Shown here: positions 49,039 through 61,515 of the stretch, one piece after another | Position numbering within the stretch: position 1 is the stretch's first letter | Layout: every line of letters starts with the position of its first letter | Program-made: the position numbers and the translations under genes | Assembly (NCBI GenBank): GCA_002269645.1 | Contig: NIVC01004003.1 | Location: 1-64,000, forward strand | Direction: 5' to 3' | DNA: 64,000 nt | DNA from: Macrostomum lignano | Lineage: Eukaryota | The notes under the pieces: model-generated | Told to the model about the DNA's origin: nothing | The model's input: the letters and a program-made list of their open reading frames with translations, nothing else | Database searches by the model: none

Positions 49039-51509
49039 GTTGTCATCATCACAGATTGACATTCTCCTTCAACAGCAAACCGAGGAGCGGTTTATGGAAA
49101 AGCAAATAGACGAGCGTCCGGTCGAGCAACCGTCAAATGGAGATGGAGAGTTTGTGCTGCCCGAGGATATTGACCTGGATGGCATGTTCGACTGCGTGCC
49201 CAACGTTGAAGACCTCGAAAAAGCTATCAACGACCTAGAAGACAGTGTAGCGAGTAACAATACCAGACGACAGACTGATCAGTACGTCAAAAGGCTGTTG
49301 GCCTTCATGGATTCAAATCCGTCATTAAAAATTGACCTGCTGACGGCTGAGCCGGAGGATGTCAACCGTGTGCTGCGAGTGTTCTACGGCACGGCTCGTA
49401 AGCCTGACGGCGGATTTTATTCACCCGCGACGCTAATCTGCATTCGTGCGGCCATCTACCGCTACTTGATGCGTGTCAGGCAACTGAACATCATTGAGGG
49501 CGATGCCTTCTATACTGCGAACGCGACTCTGAAGGCTATGGCTCGGAAGTTTATTTTCTAGGGCGGCCGCGCGAAGCATATTCAAGCTATTGAACTGGAA
49601 GACATGCAAAAGTTATCGCGCTACTTTGACAGGCAGTCTCCAACGACTCTGCTGCAAGAGGTATATTACAACATGATTTACTATTTCGGTAATCGTGGTC
49701 GCGAATGGCTGAGGAACCTGAAGGAAGACAGCTTCGTGTTTGAGACGAGGTCAGATGGTAAGCAAGCAGTGCGCCTGCTGGCTGGAAAAGTCAAGAATGT
49801 TGGCAACGCACTCGGTCGGGACGCCTGTGATGATGTGAAGGAGGCGCTGATGATCGAGACTGCTAAAAACTGCCCCGTAGTGGCGCTCCGAATGTATCTA
49901 GATAAACGGCGCGAGTCTTTGCCTGGAAGTTCGGCTTCAACGTGCACTGCACCGTTTTTCTTGAAACCAAAAACGATCAGGTGGAAGAACTCGAACTGGT
50001 ATTGCGCTTCGCAAGCGCTTGGTGTGAACACCCTAGCAACCATGATGACCAAGATATCGGAGGCTGCCAGTTTAAGCAAGCGCTACACGGCCCATTGTGT
50101 CCGTCCGACTGTCATCAAGGAGTTGTCTGATGCTGGTTACTCGAATGCCGATATCTGTAAAGTGACTGGTCACAAGCAGGTGAAAACAGTCGAACGGTAT
50201 CTGCAATTAGGAAGTCGACGCACATCCGAGATGCGGTCCATATGCAGCACACTGCATTCATCGCTGTATGGAGCGAACTCATTCATGGACGGCACAAATC
50301 GAATGGAGACGTCTATGCCAGCAGAGCGCGCTGTGGCTAACAGCGACAACCATGCCGAGCTACGACAGGTAACCTTGACACTCAACTTTCATGGGAACGT
50401 GAGTGGGTGCACCTTTAATTTGCCAAAATGACGGTACCTTTTTTACATCTACTTTAATATGGACAATACGGCGAAAGTGACGCAGGCCTGTCATACAGGT
50501 CTTTGCAGTACTGTTGTTTCGTTAAATTGTTACTGAAAAATACACACTGACAAACCATGTTAAACCCTATGAAAAATTGGCCCGAATTTTCACCCTTCTC
50601 TTCACCCGAAATCGTCAGCACTTTGTGGGTGTAAAAATTGCCGGGCTACTGGCCCGGAATCGTTACGAAAAGTTCGCTTTTCGGGCGAAACACCCGTGCA
50701 TGCACCCGCATTTATACCCGAATATTTACGGGCGATTCACCCAGAATTATTCTGCGCCGAAAAATCCGGGCCAGTTAACCGATATTTTGCTTTTTAATCC
50801 GGCCCGAAGAACTGGTCATATTTCCTGCTTTTGATCTTGCGATAGTGCACGATATTATAGTACGTTTTTTGAGGGAATATAAACTTTACAGTGACTGCCA
50901 ATTTTCATACTGCAAAACTTGTATGTAGTTGAATAGAAAGATGCATGTAAATGACCCCCCATCAAGAGATACATATCGAGAAAAAAATAAGGCAATTCTG
51001 GAGGGATTCAATAAGAAATTTTTGGACAAAAATGTTTAAACACTTGGCGACATAATAAGAGAAAAGCGTGCGCGATAGTTTATTTAAATATTTAATGAGT
51101 GCATTCAATACGTTCAGTAAGCAAAGGCATTAACATAAAAGTAATAAAAGCAAAGGAGGGTTAAGAAAACAATAGAAACAGAAACAAACAAAGTTGTAAA
51201 GAAGATAAAACGAAGGGCTTGACGTTGAGAAATGCTGACGAAACCGTAAAAAAGAAAAATAACTAACTGTATTTATAGGGGATTTGCAGCTCAGAGATAA
51301 CCAAATATACTAGTATAATGGTTTTATTCCTCGCCCTATTGGCAGTTCTTGAACTGGTATCGTATCGACAAATATTTGGCTGAATAATTGTAATGTATGT
51401 TCGCTCTCTCGATGTACATCGTTGACTTGCATAAATATAGCCATCACTGCCCCACGGGGGCTTCTACACTTTTTTTTTCTACACTGCCAAAAATACCGCG
51501 CGTTACAAG

Positions 51510-52727
51510 TGGTAGCAGAGCTCAGAATGGCAGAGGGCAGCCACCGCGCAATTCCGAGAACTTTTAGCTCTGGCAACTTTAGTGAGTGGCTGCAGCGGTT
51601 TGAGCTGTGTGCGACAGCCAACAAGTGGACAAACGACAAACACTTGCATCTGTCAATGTTTCTGGATGGCGAGGCTCTGGCCGTCTTCCTTGAGCTCGGC
51701 GACAAGGACAAGAGCGACTACAGTCAGGTGACCAAAGCATTAAGATCTGAGGGCTGCGGTCAGCTCGCTGCAGGCGACGGTTCAAGATCTGGCGGCGAAG
51801 CTGGGTTCAGATGCTTTGGACTCCTGCGCGTTTCGCAGTGCGAGGAGACGGCGCGAGGTGACCTGCAGGAATTGCAACCGTCGCGGCTACATCGCCAGGA
51901 ACTGCAAGCAGCCGTCGGAAAACGGCACAGCCCGGGGCGGAGCCCGCACCCCTGGCCAGTTCTGAGCGCGGGCCCCAGCGTGAGCGGACTGTTCCAGAGC
52001 GCAGAGGGGGGCGGTGCAGGCGCAGCCAGCTCCAGCGCAGCTGCTGTCGTCATCAGGCCGAACCCGTCGACATCAAAACTACAGTGCAAGGTCGGAGGTG
52101 CGGAAGTCACGGCGCTGATCGACTCTGGCAGCCAGGTGTCAATCGTGGACAAGCGGGTCCTGCAGAGCATGCAGCCAGTTCAGCTGGAGAGCGTGCACCT
52201 GAAGCTGCGGGCAGTCAACCAGCAGGCAGTGCCGGTGCAGCAGGTGGCCAGCCTGGCGGTGTCGCTCGGCGGCATCGTGCGGCAGCATCCATTCTACGTG
52301 TCGGAAGGCCTGGCAGCCGCTGTCATCATCGGGTTCGACTTCATCAAGTCCTGCAACATTTGCCTGAACTTCAGCGACCGCGCAGAGGCGCCACCAAGGA
52401 GCTCGTGCGCGATGGACGGCGTGAGCTACCTCGACGCTGACAGCCAGCTGGAGGACCTCGAAGAGAGGCTCGGGTGCTGTCGGTTGCTGCTGCAGGAGTT
52501 CACCTTCACCATCAAGTACATAAACGGTGTCGACAACGTGGAGGCGGACGGGCTGTCGAGGATTGCGAGACGCTGTTGGAGCGTCGGCAGCAGAGCTGCA
52601 GCCGCAGGTGTCCAACCGAGAGATGCGACAGGCGCAGCGGGCTGCTCCGAAGCTCAAGCTGGTCATCGATGCACTTTGCGGCTGAAAAGAGGCAGATCTA
52701 AGGCACGAGAGTGCAAGGAGAGGGGGT
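51510..52727 (+). mobile_element. Internally deleted Gypsy remnant nested in the CACTA element
   Basis: PBS-like TGGTAGCAGAG (51510-51520); gag FSSGNFSEWLQRFELCATAN; an out-of-frame knuckle CRNCNRRGYIARNC; protease ALIDSGSQVSIVD; RH-end LQEFTFTIKYINGVDNVEADGLSR; PPT-like AAGGAGAGGGGG at ~52716-52727. RT and integrase core are absent, and I found no matching LTR pair. Confidence 0.85.
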
Positions 52728-52988
52728 GCACACAGAATGCACTTGTGAAATAACTAAGATAGGGAAAATATTAGCGCGACCATGTAGAAAGAAGAGAAAC
52801 GATATGAAGAGAAATAGCAACATTGGGAAAGATAGGAAGAACAGAGATCAGTTATGGGTTCGGGTGCAAAGGTGACTTAAGATCCCTCCCTCCCAGTCGC
52901 AGCCACATTACGAAGCAATGAAAAAGAACAAACAGCTAGTGTAGAACAAAAACAGACGCGATAGAAAGTTCAAAGTTAGAGTACAGAT

Positions 52989-54485
52989 TTACAACTCATT
53001 GAGCGACAGGATGCGATATTGCGCTTGATTGAGCATGCCAGCGGTGTCACTGGTTAGCGTGATGCTGGGTGGCGTAGTAGCAGAAACTGGCAGCTGAGAT
53101 TCTGCAGCACCAGTAGGGCTAGCTTGCTGGCCAGCCACTCGAAGCTCTGGAGTATCTGGAGTAGAAGGAGGCGCAGTTGCAGAAAAGCGTCAATAAAAAC
53201 TACAAGACTACGTTCTAAACAAGACTACAATACAAAAAATGAAAACATTACCTGCAGGTTTGGTCTTAGTCGCCTTTCTTGCGACGATGGTCTTTTTCGG
53301 TAGCAGGCCCTCTCGGCATCGGGAGTAGGCACGCTGCAGCTCGGATTTTGTGAATTTTACATTTTGCTGGGCGCAAAATGACTTTAAAATCGACATTTTT
53401 CCGGCGTCCGGTGCCAATGCTTTTCTTCCTGAGAAGTTGCATTTCAACAGCTCATCCTTAGAGAAGAGGGCTCTAACTAAAGAGCGAAGAAATGCACCAC
53501 GCTGCTTTGCAGCCTGGGCTGGGGCACAGTTTCTCATCAGATCCAGGCGCAGGTTGACGAGATGGTGCGCAGATCGAGACACTCTAGCAGCCATGTGGGA
53601 GCTAGACAGGGGCACTGTGTCACAATGGCTAGTCTCATCCTCCAACTCTAAAGCGACCTAAGAAAGGAAAACGACAAAAAACTTCATCAGTCAAAGCTCT
53701 GGAATATGATATCGGGCTCGAATATGAAGAAATTATCTTAAATTAGTACGTGCAATTCTTCAGAACCACAGTCGGAACTACTGACCTGAGCTGCATTCTC
53801 TTCCAGTCGAGCTGATTCAGCAGCGGTTATTTGGCGACAAATAGAGGCACCTTGCGTTGCCTCTATTTCGTCTTCAGGAGCCAGTAGATCGACAGCACGA
53901 GCTACCAGCCGCCTTGCCTTCGCGTAGCGTTCCGGTTCACAGCTGGCTGATGCAGACTCGGAGCGGAGATGGTCGAGTTCAGCACGAGTTGCCGAGAGCT
54001 GTTCGGTTAACTCCTCCAGACGCTGTCGCAATGAGGTGTCAGTCATTGACAGATGCCCTATTTGCTGACGTGCAGCCTCTAAAGAATTCTCTGTAAAATG
54101 CAGGTATAGACAATATATGTGGTAAAATTTCTTCGTCGCATGGTAAACTCTATTGTCGGGCTGCTTGGCAGTAATGCCTCATATGCAAATACGAGGTATA
54201 ATACTTCCAAAAGTATTTTACAAAAAGGTATTAAACTACTTTATAGAATAAATAATACTTTGCAATTTGTTTACATACCAAGCTGATGGGTGGCCTGAGC
54301 TTGAGTTATCAGCTCGCGCTTTAAATTGACGCAAGACGTGCAGGTAATCGTAGTCGCATCCAAGTCACAATTAGTAGCTGATGTGGGCTCAGATTCTTTC
54401 GTCTTCTTTGGTCTGGTGGTGGAGTTGCAGTTTTTTTTGTTCGAGCGAGTCATGATACTTAACTTAGCTCGTAGCTCTTGTATCT
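52989..54485 (-). CDS. CACTA accessory gene: coiled-coil plus BEN-like domain. Exons 54279-54485, 53750-54090, 53252-53657, 52989-53155; 5' exon not found
   Basis: GT-AG junctions with compatible phases join the ORF-track pieces. Coiled coil LRQRLEELTEQLSATRAELDHL. BEN-like FLRSLVRALFSKDELLKCNFSG...DAGKMSILKSF. Confidence 0.7.
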
Positions 54486-55473
54486 CTGGAAGTCGGGCAT
54501 TAATTGTTAAGCATATCAATATAAATGTACTTATAATTATAGAATGACGAACTCTTACATTATCAGCTTCTGGTAAACTGATCCTAAATCCGTTTTATCT
54601 CACTGTTCAAAATTATAATTTTATTCTAGAATACTTGGTTTTCAATGATTAAAATATAAAGATTACGTTATGTTAAATCGGAACCGCAGATTACATTTGT
54701 ATTTCTGTATATTTCTACAGCAGCACTTTAGGTTGACATCATTATGAAATTTACTGTACATCAAATGTAACAGTACGACGATTAATGAGTAAACGAATTA
54801 ACGCACCGAAGACAGAAGTAAAACATATAACTTATGCAAGACATATATTACTGTACGAACCTTGTGATCCGTGTATGAGTAAATATGCTACAATAGCTTC
54901 ATAGCCAGCCATTTCTAAAAAATAAACACAAATGACACTGAACACTTTGCACATGGAATGAAATCCACTCTGTTGGGTTGGGGATCTAACCACCAGCAAC
55001 AAATAACAACATGTTGGGTCTAAGTGCTAAGTCAAACACTATGAGAAATCAAACCAGTCCCTTGAGTGTGATTTACTGTACTTTTTGGTAAAAGAATGGA
55101 ACCCGACGACTAATTGTAACTTATCACAAAGGACTCCCAGTTAAGTAAGCGTTGGGTTGATCTCTTCGCCTTTTCAGTTTATTCGACCTTCATAATTATT
55201 GGCTGCTGGTGGTTTTGTCCGCAGCTCACAGTTGGGCTTTGTTGTTTACGCGGATTTCCCATTTTGTTGTTTGCTAATTGACTCGTTATGTGCGTATTCA
55301 TAACGAATAAAGGCTTAAGTTCGTTATAGACTGACACTATGAGAAGCAGGTGAATATTTTGTAATTACAAAAATATATAAACTTATATAACAAAACAGGA
55401 ATCTAAACATTACTCTAGCAGAACAAGAAGTGCTCACGGAAGCAAACAATCTTTCTCACAAATCGCACATCGT

Positions 55474-58076
55474 TCATGAAAACGATAGTTGTGCGTGAGG
55501 CATCAGGGCAATATGAGTGTTGCTAATGACACAATTGCCGTCAATGTCACGTAACGCCACAGAGTAGACATGAGAGTCAAGTTTATTAGCAAACGCATCA
55601 CATGTTAGGCGTCTAACATGAGCCAGACGGCAACAGCGCACATTAGAATCTTGCGATACGCCTGCTTGTTCGAAAGGTGTACCAATCTCTAGTTCTTCCA
55701 CACAGAGATTTTGCAGCATCACTCGAACGTCTCGTTGGATGCGTTCATCCTCAGCGAATGGACCCTGGCAAATCGGAAATTGTTTGGATCGGTACCACGC
55801 ACAGCAACGAAACAGGAAACAGACTTTCGATTCGTACGAATGGCGTTCGCAAACGATTCTACAATGAATCCACTAGATAGATGTGCTGCATCCCATTCTT
55901 CCGAGCACGCGTTTGCTGTCGCCATCGATCTACGGAGAATCACGTTGTCTGTGGTGCATAGTTCGATTCGCCTTTTTTGGTCGAGACCTTTGGAATTCGC
56001 CTCTATCATCATAGACTGCGCCTGTGCCACGGCAATTTCATTTTCAACGATGTTAGCAATTTCAACGTCAATGTTTCGCCTTCCTCTGATACGGGCAGCC
56101 AGTCGTCCATGCATTGTCTCGAATAACGATGCCGATAGTAAATGTATTGGACCAGCCGATTCCACCGACGAAATCATGTGCGTACATACATGATGGGCAT
56201 TATAAGAAAGCGCTCGTTTTGAGTATAACGTATCCATGCTATGGAGAAATTGCTTAAGTGATATTCTTACATGCCGCATCTCACTCAGTGGTGCACCGAC
56301 GAATGACATCCAAAAAACAGCAGACGACAAGAGAACCAGGTGACTGTAGTACTCAGTCGGAAGAAAGTTCTGTAGCGTCATTGGGCCGAATGCTAAGAGC
56401 CACATTTCAAATTCATGGCCACGGAAGTTTGATAATTCTTTTAGATGACGTGGATTACCACGCTGGACACATTGTGGCACCCGTATTTCGTTCAGCAAAT
56501 TACAAATCGAACCGACTTGTCGATAAGTGTCAGGTGTCCTTCTGCATGCTGGGTCAGGTCGTTGAGCAGGTGGTAGCAGCAATTGCCTTAGAAGGTACCT
56601 AAATAAGCCTGAACACAGCTGATGTAAATAGCATGCAGGCGTGCCATTCACAAAATCAAAGCCAGATAATTGAGCCAGAGGTGACAGAACCTTTACTCCA
56701 AGAATATCGGACGTTGTTCGCAATCCTGCATCTCGGTCCTCCTGCCGCTTCGCCAAATGTATGGTGTCTAACATTGTACGCAATTCCGGATGGTCACAGC
56801 CTTCATTGCGCGCATCTTGAAGCATACCCTGGCTGATTTGCATAGGATAAAAGCGGCCATAACCACCAGGCTGCTTCTCTGTGCGAATATAGCACTTGTC
56901 GCAACCGTAATGGGCATTATACCTCTTAAAGCCTAGAGCGTCTGCTCGTGCAGGGGCATCAAATATTGCAACAAATGGATGCAGACGCAGAACTCGTTTC
57001 TCTCCAGTTTCGTCGGTATACGTAACTCCTGGGTGCAGTAGGCGGTTAAGCCGTTCAACTACCAAAGGCAAAAAAGCGACACTGTGAAGCTTTTCCTTCC
57101 CGGCCCAAACACCACAGATCGCCACGAAACGATGCTGGACAGATCGATTGACTTCAATAATTGACAGGTACACTGGACACACTTCGACAGTTGACGTCGT
57201 TCGCATCGGAAATCCATCACAGCATATGCTGTATGACAGATCGGAACGCGAGTCAATGTCGATTGTCTGCAAGAAGCGTCTGTACAGGTTACTATTTGCA
57301 TAATGAAGGATGCCGGGTTCCAAGCGACGGCAAAGATCAGCAGGAAATTCGACATGTTTCAGCATTCCACCAGCCTCAATCATAGTACGCACTTTAGTTT
57401 CGATATCTAGGCACCAGAATTGTCCTAGAGAGCTGGCACCGCAGTTCGGACACATTTGCTTCGCTTTAAGCCTGCCCTCAACTGCACTCAGACAAGATTC
57501 GCAAACTATATATGATATGGATGTGCCTTTGGCAGTTTGAAGGACTCCGAATGCAACATCCAGTCTGTGTGTTGTCGTTGGCAGTCGTGAATTCGGCAAA
57601 ATTTTGTTGATTAGTGTGAGTAGATCCTGCTTATGAATTTTTGTGAGCCCAGTATCTGTTGCGAATTTTTGTAGCATGACTACAGCTTGACCAACGGTAA
57701 GACAATGCCCTTCAACAAGTGGCATCTCATTCAGATCAAGCAGGTAGCTGTTCTGATTGGGTTGATCATTTTCGCTGGCACAATCGGGAACATCTAATTG
57801 AGTTCTAATGTCTGACTCCAATAGACTGACATCATTTTCCTCGACTTCAATAAAACAATTGTTTTCGTCATACTTGTCTTCAGTACCAGAGTTGGCTGAG
57901 TTTTCTTCAACAGTTGTTACATCTGTACAATGATGATCTAGTACATTCTTTGATGCACGGTGTCGCATCATTCGCTCGCTGGCTGTTTGAGCTGGAGTAC
58001 GTCGCCTAACACCAGTCCTGTAGCGCACGGCATAGTCCCGGCGACGACGCTTAGCAGTCCCAAGGTCATCAGACAT
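55474..58076 (-). CDS. CACTA/EnSpm-type transposase (785-aa ORF plus a probably frameshifted C-terminus at 55474-55722)
   Basis: CxxC...CxxC zinc motif, SICCDGFP, VCPVYLSIIE, AIFDAPARA..FKRYNAHYGCDKC, YLHQLCSGLF, FRGHEFEMWLL, YNAHHVCTH, GPIHLLSASLFETMHG. Adding one base at ttcgagtgatg would read through as ...TFEVMLQNL. Confidence 0.88.
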
Positions 58077-60237
58077 TAATGGCCAGAGGAAAATTTGGCT
58101 GAGGGGTATTTATATAGCATAAATGGCTTAGGAGCATGGTATGATGATGCTGAAAGTCTGGTTATTGAGCAATAAAATCTAATAAACCTAAATTAAAAGG
58201 CCACTAAATTTATCATCAATAATCTTCCTTAATTACAAGTATAACTGTATAAGTACAGTGCTTTAGAATGTAAATCTGATGATGAATGTTTATTCTACAA
58301 AACATGTTCAGACTATTGGATCTAAAAAATTCACATAAGAGCTAAAATAATTTTTTCTATATAAGATATAAAGGGCCTCTATCTCTGGGAATATGTTGAG
58401 TTGCAAAACTTTTTAGGTTATTAATTTCTTTGTAAAATGTTAAGTTCTAGGCGTTAAGTTCCTTTAGAATATAATATGTTAATAAAATTTATATCTATTA
58501 AAATATAAAATAAAGCATGCATTGTACAAATATGTAATATTTGAATACACAGCTTTCTAAAAAGTACTATATAGACTATACAAACCTAAGTAAATGAATA
58601 TCATATTAATAATTGTTGCAATTTTATATTTGGACTTCAACATATTTTTAAATTGATTTCTTACTTACACTCTAAAATTTCTTACCATACAGCAAGCTCT
58701 CTCTGTGCTCATATACAATCACAATATATCTCTACGATAGATGAAATATTTTATTAGGATGAGTTTTCTAAATTATTTTTCTATTTTTTCTTACTCTTTA
58801 AGTTTAAGTAATAAAATAGGCTAATTGCTAGCAATCGACAACACAAATTTATTTAGTTATTTTTCAGTTTATGCATAATGCAGACTGATTGATTTCATTA
58901 TAAAAAACAAATGACATTTTTCTCATCCAAAATTATTATTCAGCCTGTTGAGACTGGACTACTTTAATATTTAACTATAATTTACTATAGTGACTGCCAA
59001 TTCCCGAACCAGGGCAGGGGCAGGGGGTCAGGCCTTGTTATTGACTCATTTAGTGAAATAACTCGCATTGACTATTTCTGAGGTTAAATAAACTTTGTCC
59101 ATTAGATTATGATAAATTATACAAAACATGCTTCACGTGCACGATAAAACTCAGAAGTCTGTTGAAACGTGGCGTCTGAAATTTAAATATTTTCGAGTAA
59201 CAAAAAAACAAACAAAATAGTTTCCTTTTTTTCATTAGTCAGCACGATGAAAGAGTAAAAAGCACAGCAAATACTTAATAAAAAAGCTTTTAGCTTGTGA
59301 ATAGCAAATTCAGAAAAAGGTATTTAGAGTAAGCGAATAAGTGATTTCGACAATTTTTTTAAAAGATTAATTTTATTTTCCCATCAGACGATTCAGAGAT
59401 TCAGATAATTAATTTCCCATCATTGTGATCAAGCAACTGATTGTATAACCGTACTTTTTAAAATAATAAACAATGTATTGTTGAATCCTGAAGCCTGGGA
59501 TTTTCATCCCTACTAGCACAAAAGACCTGCCGGGAAGCGGGAACTCAGTTAGTTGACAGCGATAATTTTACTGAAAATAATATATATACATGTACCACTT
59601 TAATTGTTTCTAGTTGATTTGGTACGTTACAAGTTTATTTAAAGTGTATAAAAATTGAGGTCCCAAAAACTCATAAATTGTACGTATGGGCTTCATGTGT
59701 AGGCTTTAATCTCCATTTTCGCACCTAGCTTTCCTACTCCTTTTTAATCAGCATCGTCACGTCAAAGTCCCTCAGGACACGCTTTTAGAAAAAACGGGCT
59801 ATAGACCCGAACGTCTGGGTTTCTGCTTTCCCCGCTTTCCGGGCGAAAGTCCCGCTTTTTCACCCGATTTAGTTTCAACCGTTTTGTCGGCGTGCTTTCC
59901 GGGTGAATCGACCGTTTTTTAGTTTTCACCCGAAAAATTTAAAGTTCCGGGCCCAATTGCATATGTTTCCGGGCGAAAATTCGGGCCAATTTTTCATAGG
60001 GAAGTTTTGCCATAGACATCAATTATTTGCACTCTTTTTTATTATCAGCACGCTTTTTGTATAGACTGATTATAGGATTTTACCATAGACATAGGCGTTA
60101 TCTGTACGCTTGAGCGTTGTACAATGGTAGATTTATCTCTAGCTTTTCGAGCTAACGCGCACTCCAGCCAAGACTATTTACGCACGAAGGAACCTAGTGA
60201 TAGATTCATTGATTTATGGGCACATAAATCAAATCAG

Positions 60238-61010
60238 CTACTGACCCAATTCTACCAGAGCTACTGACCCAATTCTACCTGAGCTACTGGTCCAATTCTA
60301 CCTGAGCTACTGGTCAGGTAGAATTGGTAGCTCTACTAGTAGCTCTGGTAGAATTGGGTCAGTAGCTCAGGTAGAATTGGACCAGTGGCTCAGGTAGAAT
60401 TGGGTCAGTAGCTCAGGTAGAATTGGGTCAGTAGCTCAGGTAGAATTGGGTCAGTAGCTCAGGTAGAATTGGACCAGTAGCTCAGGTAGAATTGGGTCAG
60501 TAGCTCAGGTAGAGTTGGACCAGTAGCTCAGGTAGAATTGGACCAGTAGCTCAGGTAGAATTGGACCAGTAGCTCAGGTAGAATTGGGTCAGTAGCTCAG
60601 GTAGAATTGGGTCAGTAGCTCTGGTAGAATTGGGTCAGTAGCTCTGGTAGAATTGGGTCAGTAGCTCTGGTAGAATTGGGTCAGTAGCTCTGGTAGAATT
60701 GGGTCAGTAGCTCTGGTAGAATTGGGTCAGTAGCTCTGGTAGAATTGGGTCAGTAGCTCAGGTAGAATTGGGTCAGTAGCTCTGGTAGAATTGGGTCAGT
60801 AGCTCTGGTAGAATTGGGTCAGTAGCTCAGGTAGAATTGGGTCAGTAGCTCTGGTAGAATTGGGTCAGTAGCTCTGGTAGAATTGGGTCAGTAGCTCTGA
60901 TAGAATTGGGTCAGTAGCTCTGGTAGAATTGGGTCAGTAGCTCAGGTACTGAGATAGTAGCTTAGGCAGGATTAGCTCATTAGCTCAGGTAGAATTAGAC
61001 CAGTAGCTCA
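60238..61010. repeat. 23-bp minisatellite that switches orientation near 60315-60340
   Basis: About 3 copies of ctactg(a/g)(c/t)ccaattctacc(a/t)gag, then about 28 copies of the reverse complement gtagctc(a/t)ggtagaattgggtca. Confidence 0.95.
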
Positions 61011-61299
61011 GGTAGACTTAAATAAATTTAATAAGTTGAATACGTGCGGGAATTTACAGCACGGCTTGGGATTTACTGCACAGTCGCGTTATGGGTGAAG
61101 GATTGCTTTTTGGCCATAGACAATGAATAGTGTCAGCAATTTAAGAATGCTTGGCCATATGTCAATGTCTATGGCACTCGTGCGCTTCGCGCACTCGTGG
61201 CCAAGACATTTACGCACTCAAAACTGAATGTCAATCCTGCATATTGTCACACAAACGCGGCGACAGGCATTACTGTCCATTCCGCCGACTCCCCTGATC

Positions 61300-61515
61300 A
61301 GGCACACAAACGCGCGGATACGTACACGTACATGTAGGCACACACACAGGAGTGTACAGCCTTTGGGGGTTGGCCATCAAGGGCGTTAGTTTCACGAACA
61401 GATCCAACAAGCCGCGATTCAAATCCTAGCTCCAAATAAATGTGATTGCACTTGGAATTGAGCATATAGGCCACTAGTATAGGAGCGCTGCGCTTGACCA
61501 CTAGGCTACGGACCC
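61300..61515 (-). mobile_element. tRNA-derived SINE, family copy 2 (diverged)
   Basis: Shares aaacgcgcggatacgtac, cacacaggagtgtacagc, tgcacttggaat, gaccact with 23410-23692. Confidence 0.75.

Larger units (their letters stand above)
46375..50431 (+). pseudogene. Crypton-type tyrosine recombinase YR2, split by a P element (46375-46450 + 49047-50431)
   Basis: Removing 46451-49046 (P element plus one TSD copy) gives 1461 nt in one frame: MEPPAKRF...GLSSSQIDILL...SNNTRRQT...YSPATLICIRAAIYRYL...[TAG 49559-49561]...QEVYYNMIYYFGNRGREWLR...CPVVALRMY...LGVNTL...YTAHCVRPT...VTGHK...VERY. That is 486 codons with one nonsense codon. Confidence 0.92.
50565..60001 (-). mobile_element. CACTA/EnSpm (CMC superfamily) DNA transposon, 9437 bp
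   Basis: TIR CCCTATGAAAAATTGGCCCGAATTTTC(A/G)CCC at 50565-50595 and inverted at 59971-60001 (27 bp perfect). 2-bp TSD AA. Subterminal CACCCG/CGGGCG-type repeats at both ends. Internal transposase. Confidence 0.93.

Noticed and set aside
28231-61220. One 33-kb composite or giant transposon bounded by the inverted GAA-hairpin motifs and carrying FARSA
   Set aside because: The motifs are better explained as ends of two separate YR elements, I saw no target-site duplication outside them, and FARSA is an essential, normally spliced host gene. Worth revisiting only if FARSA is found duplicated with these flanks.
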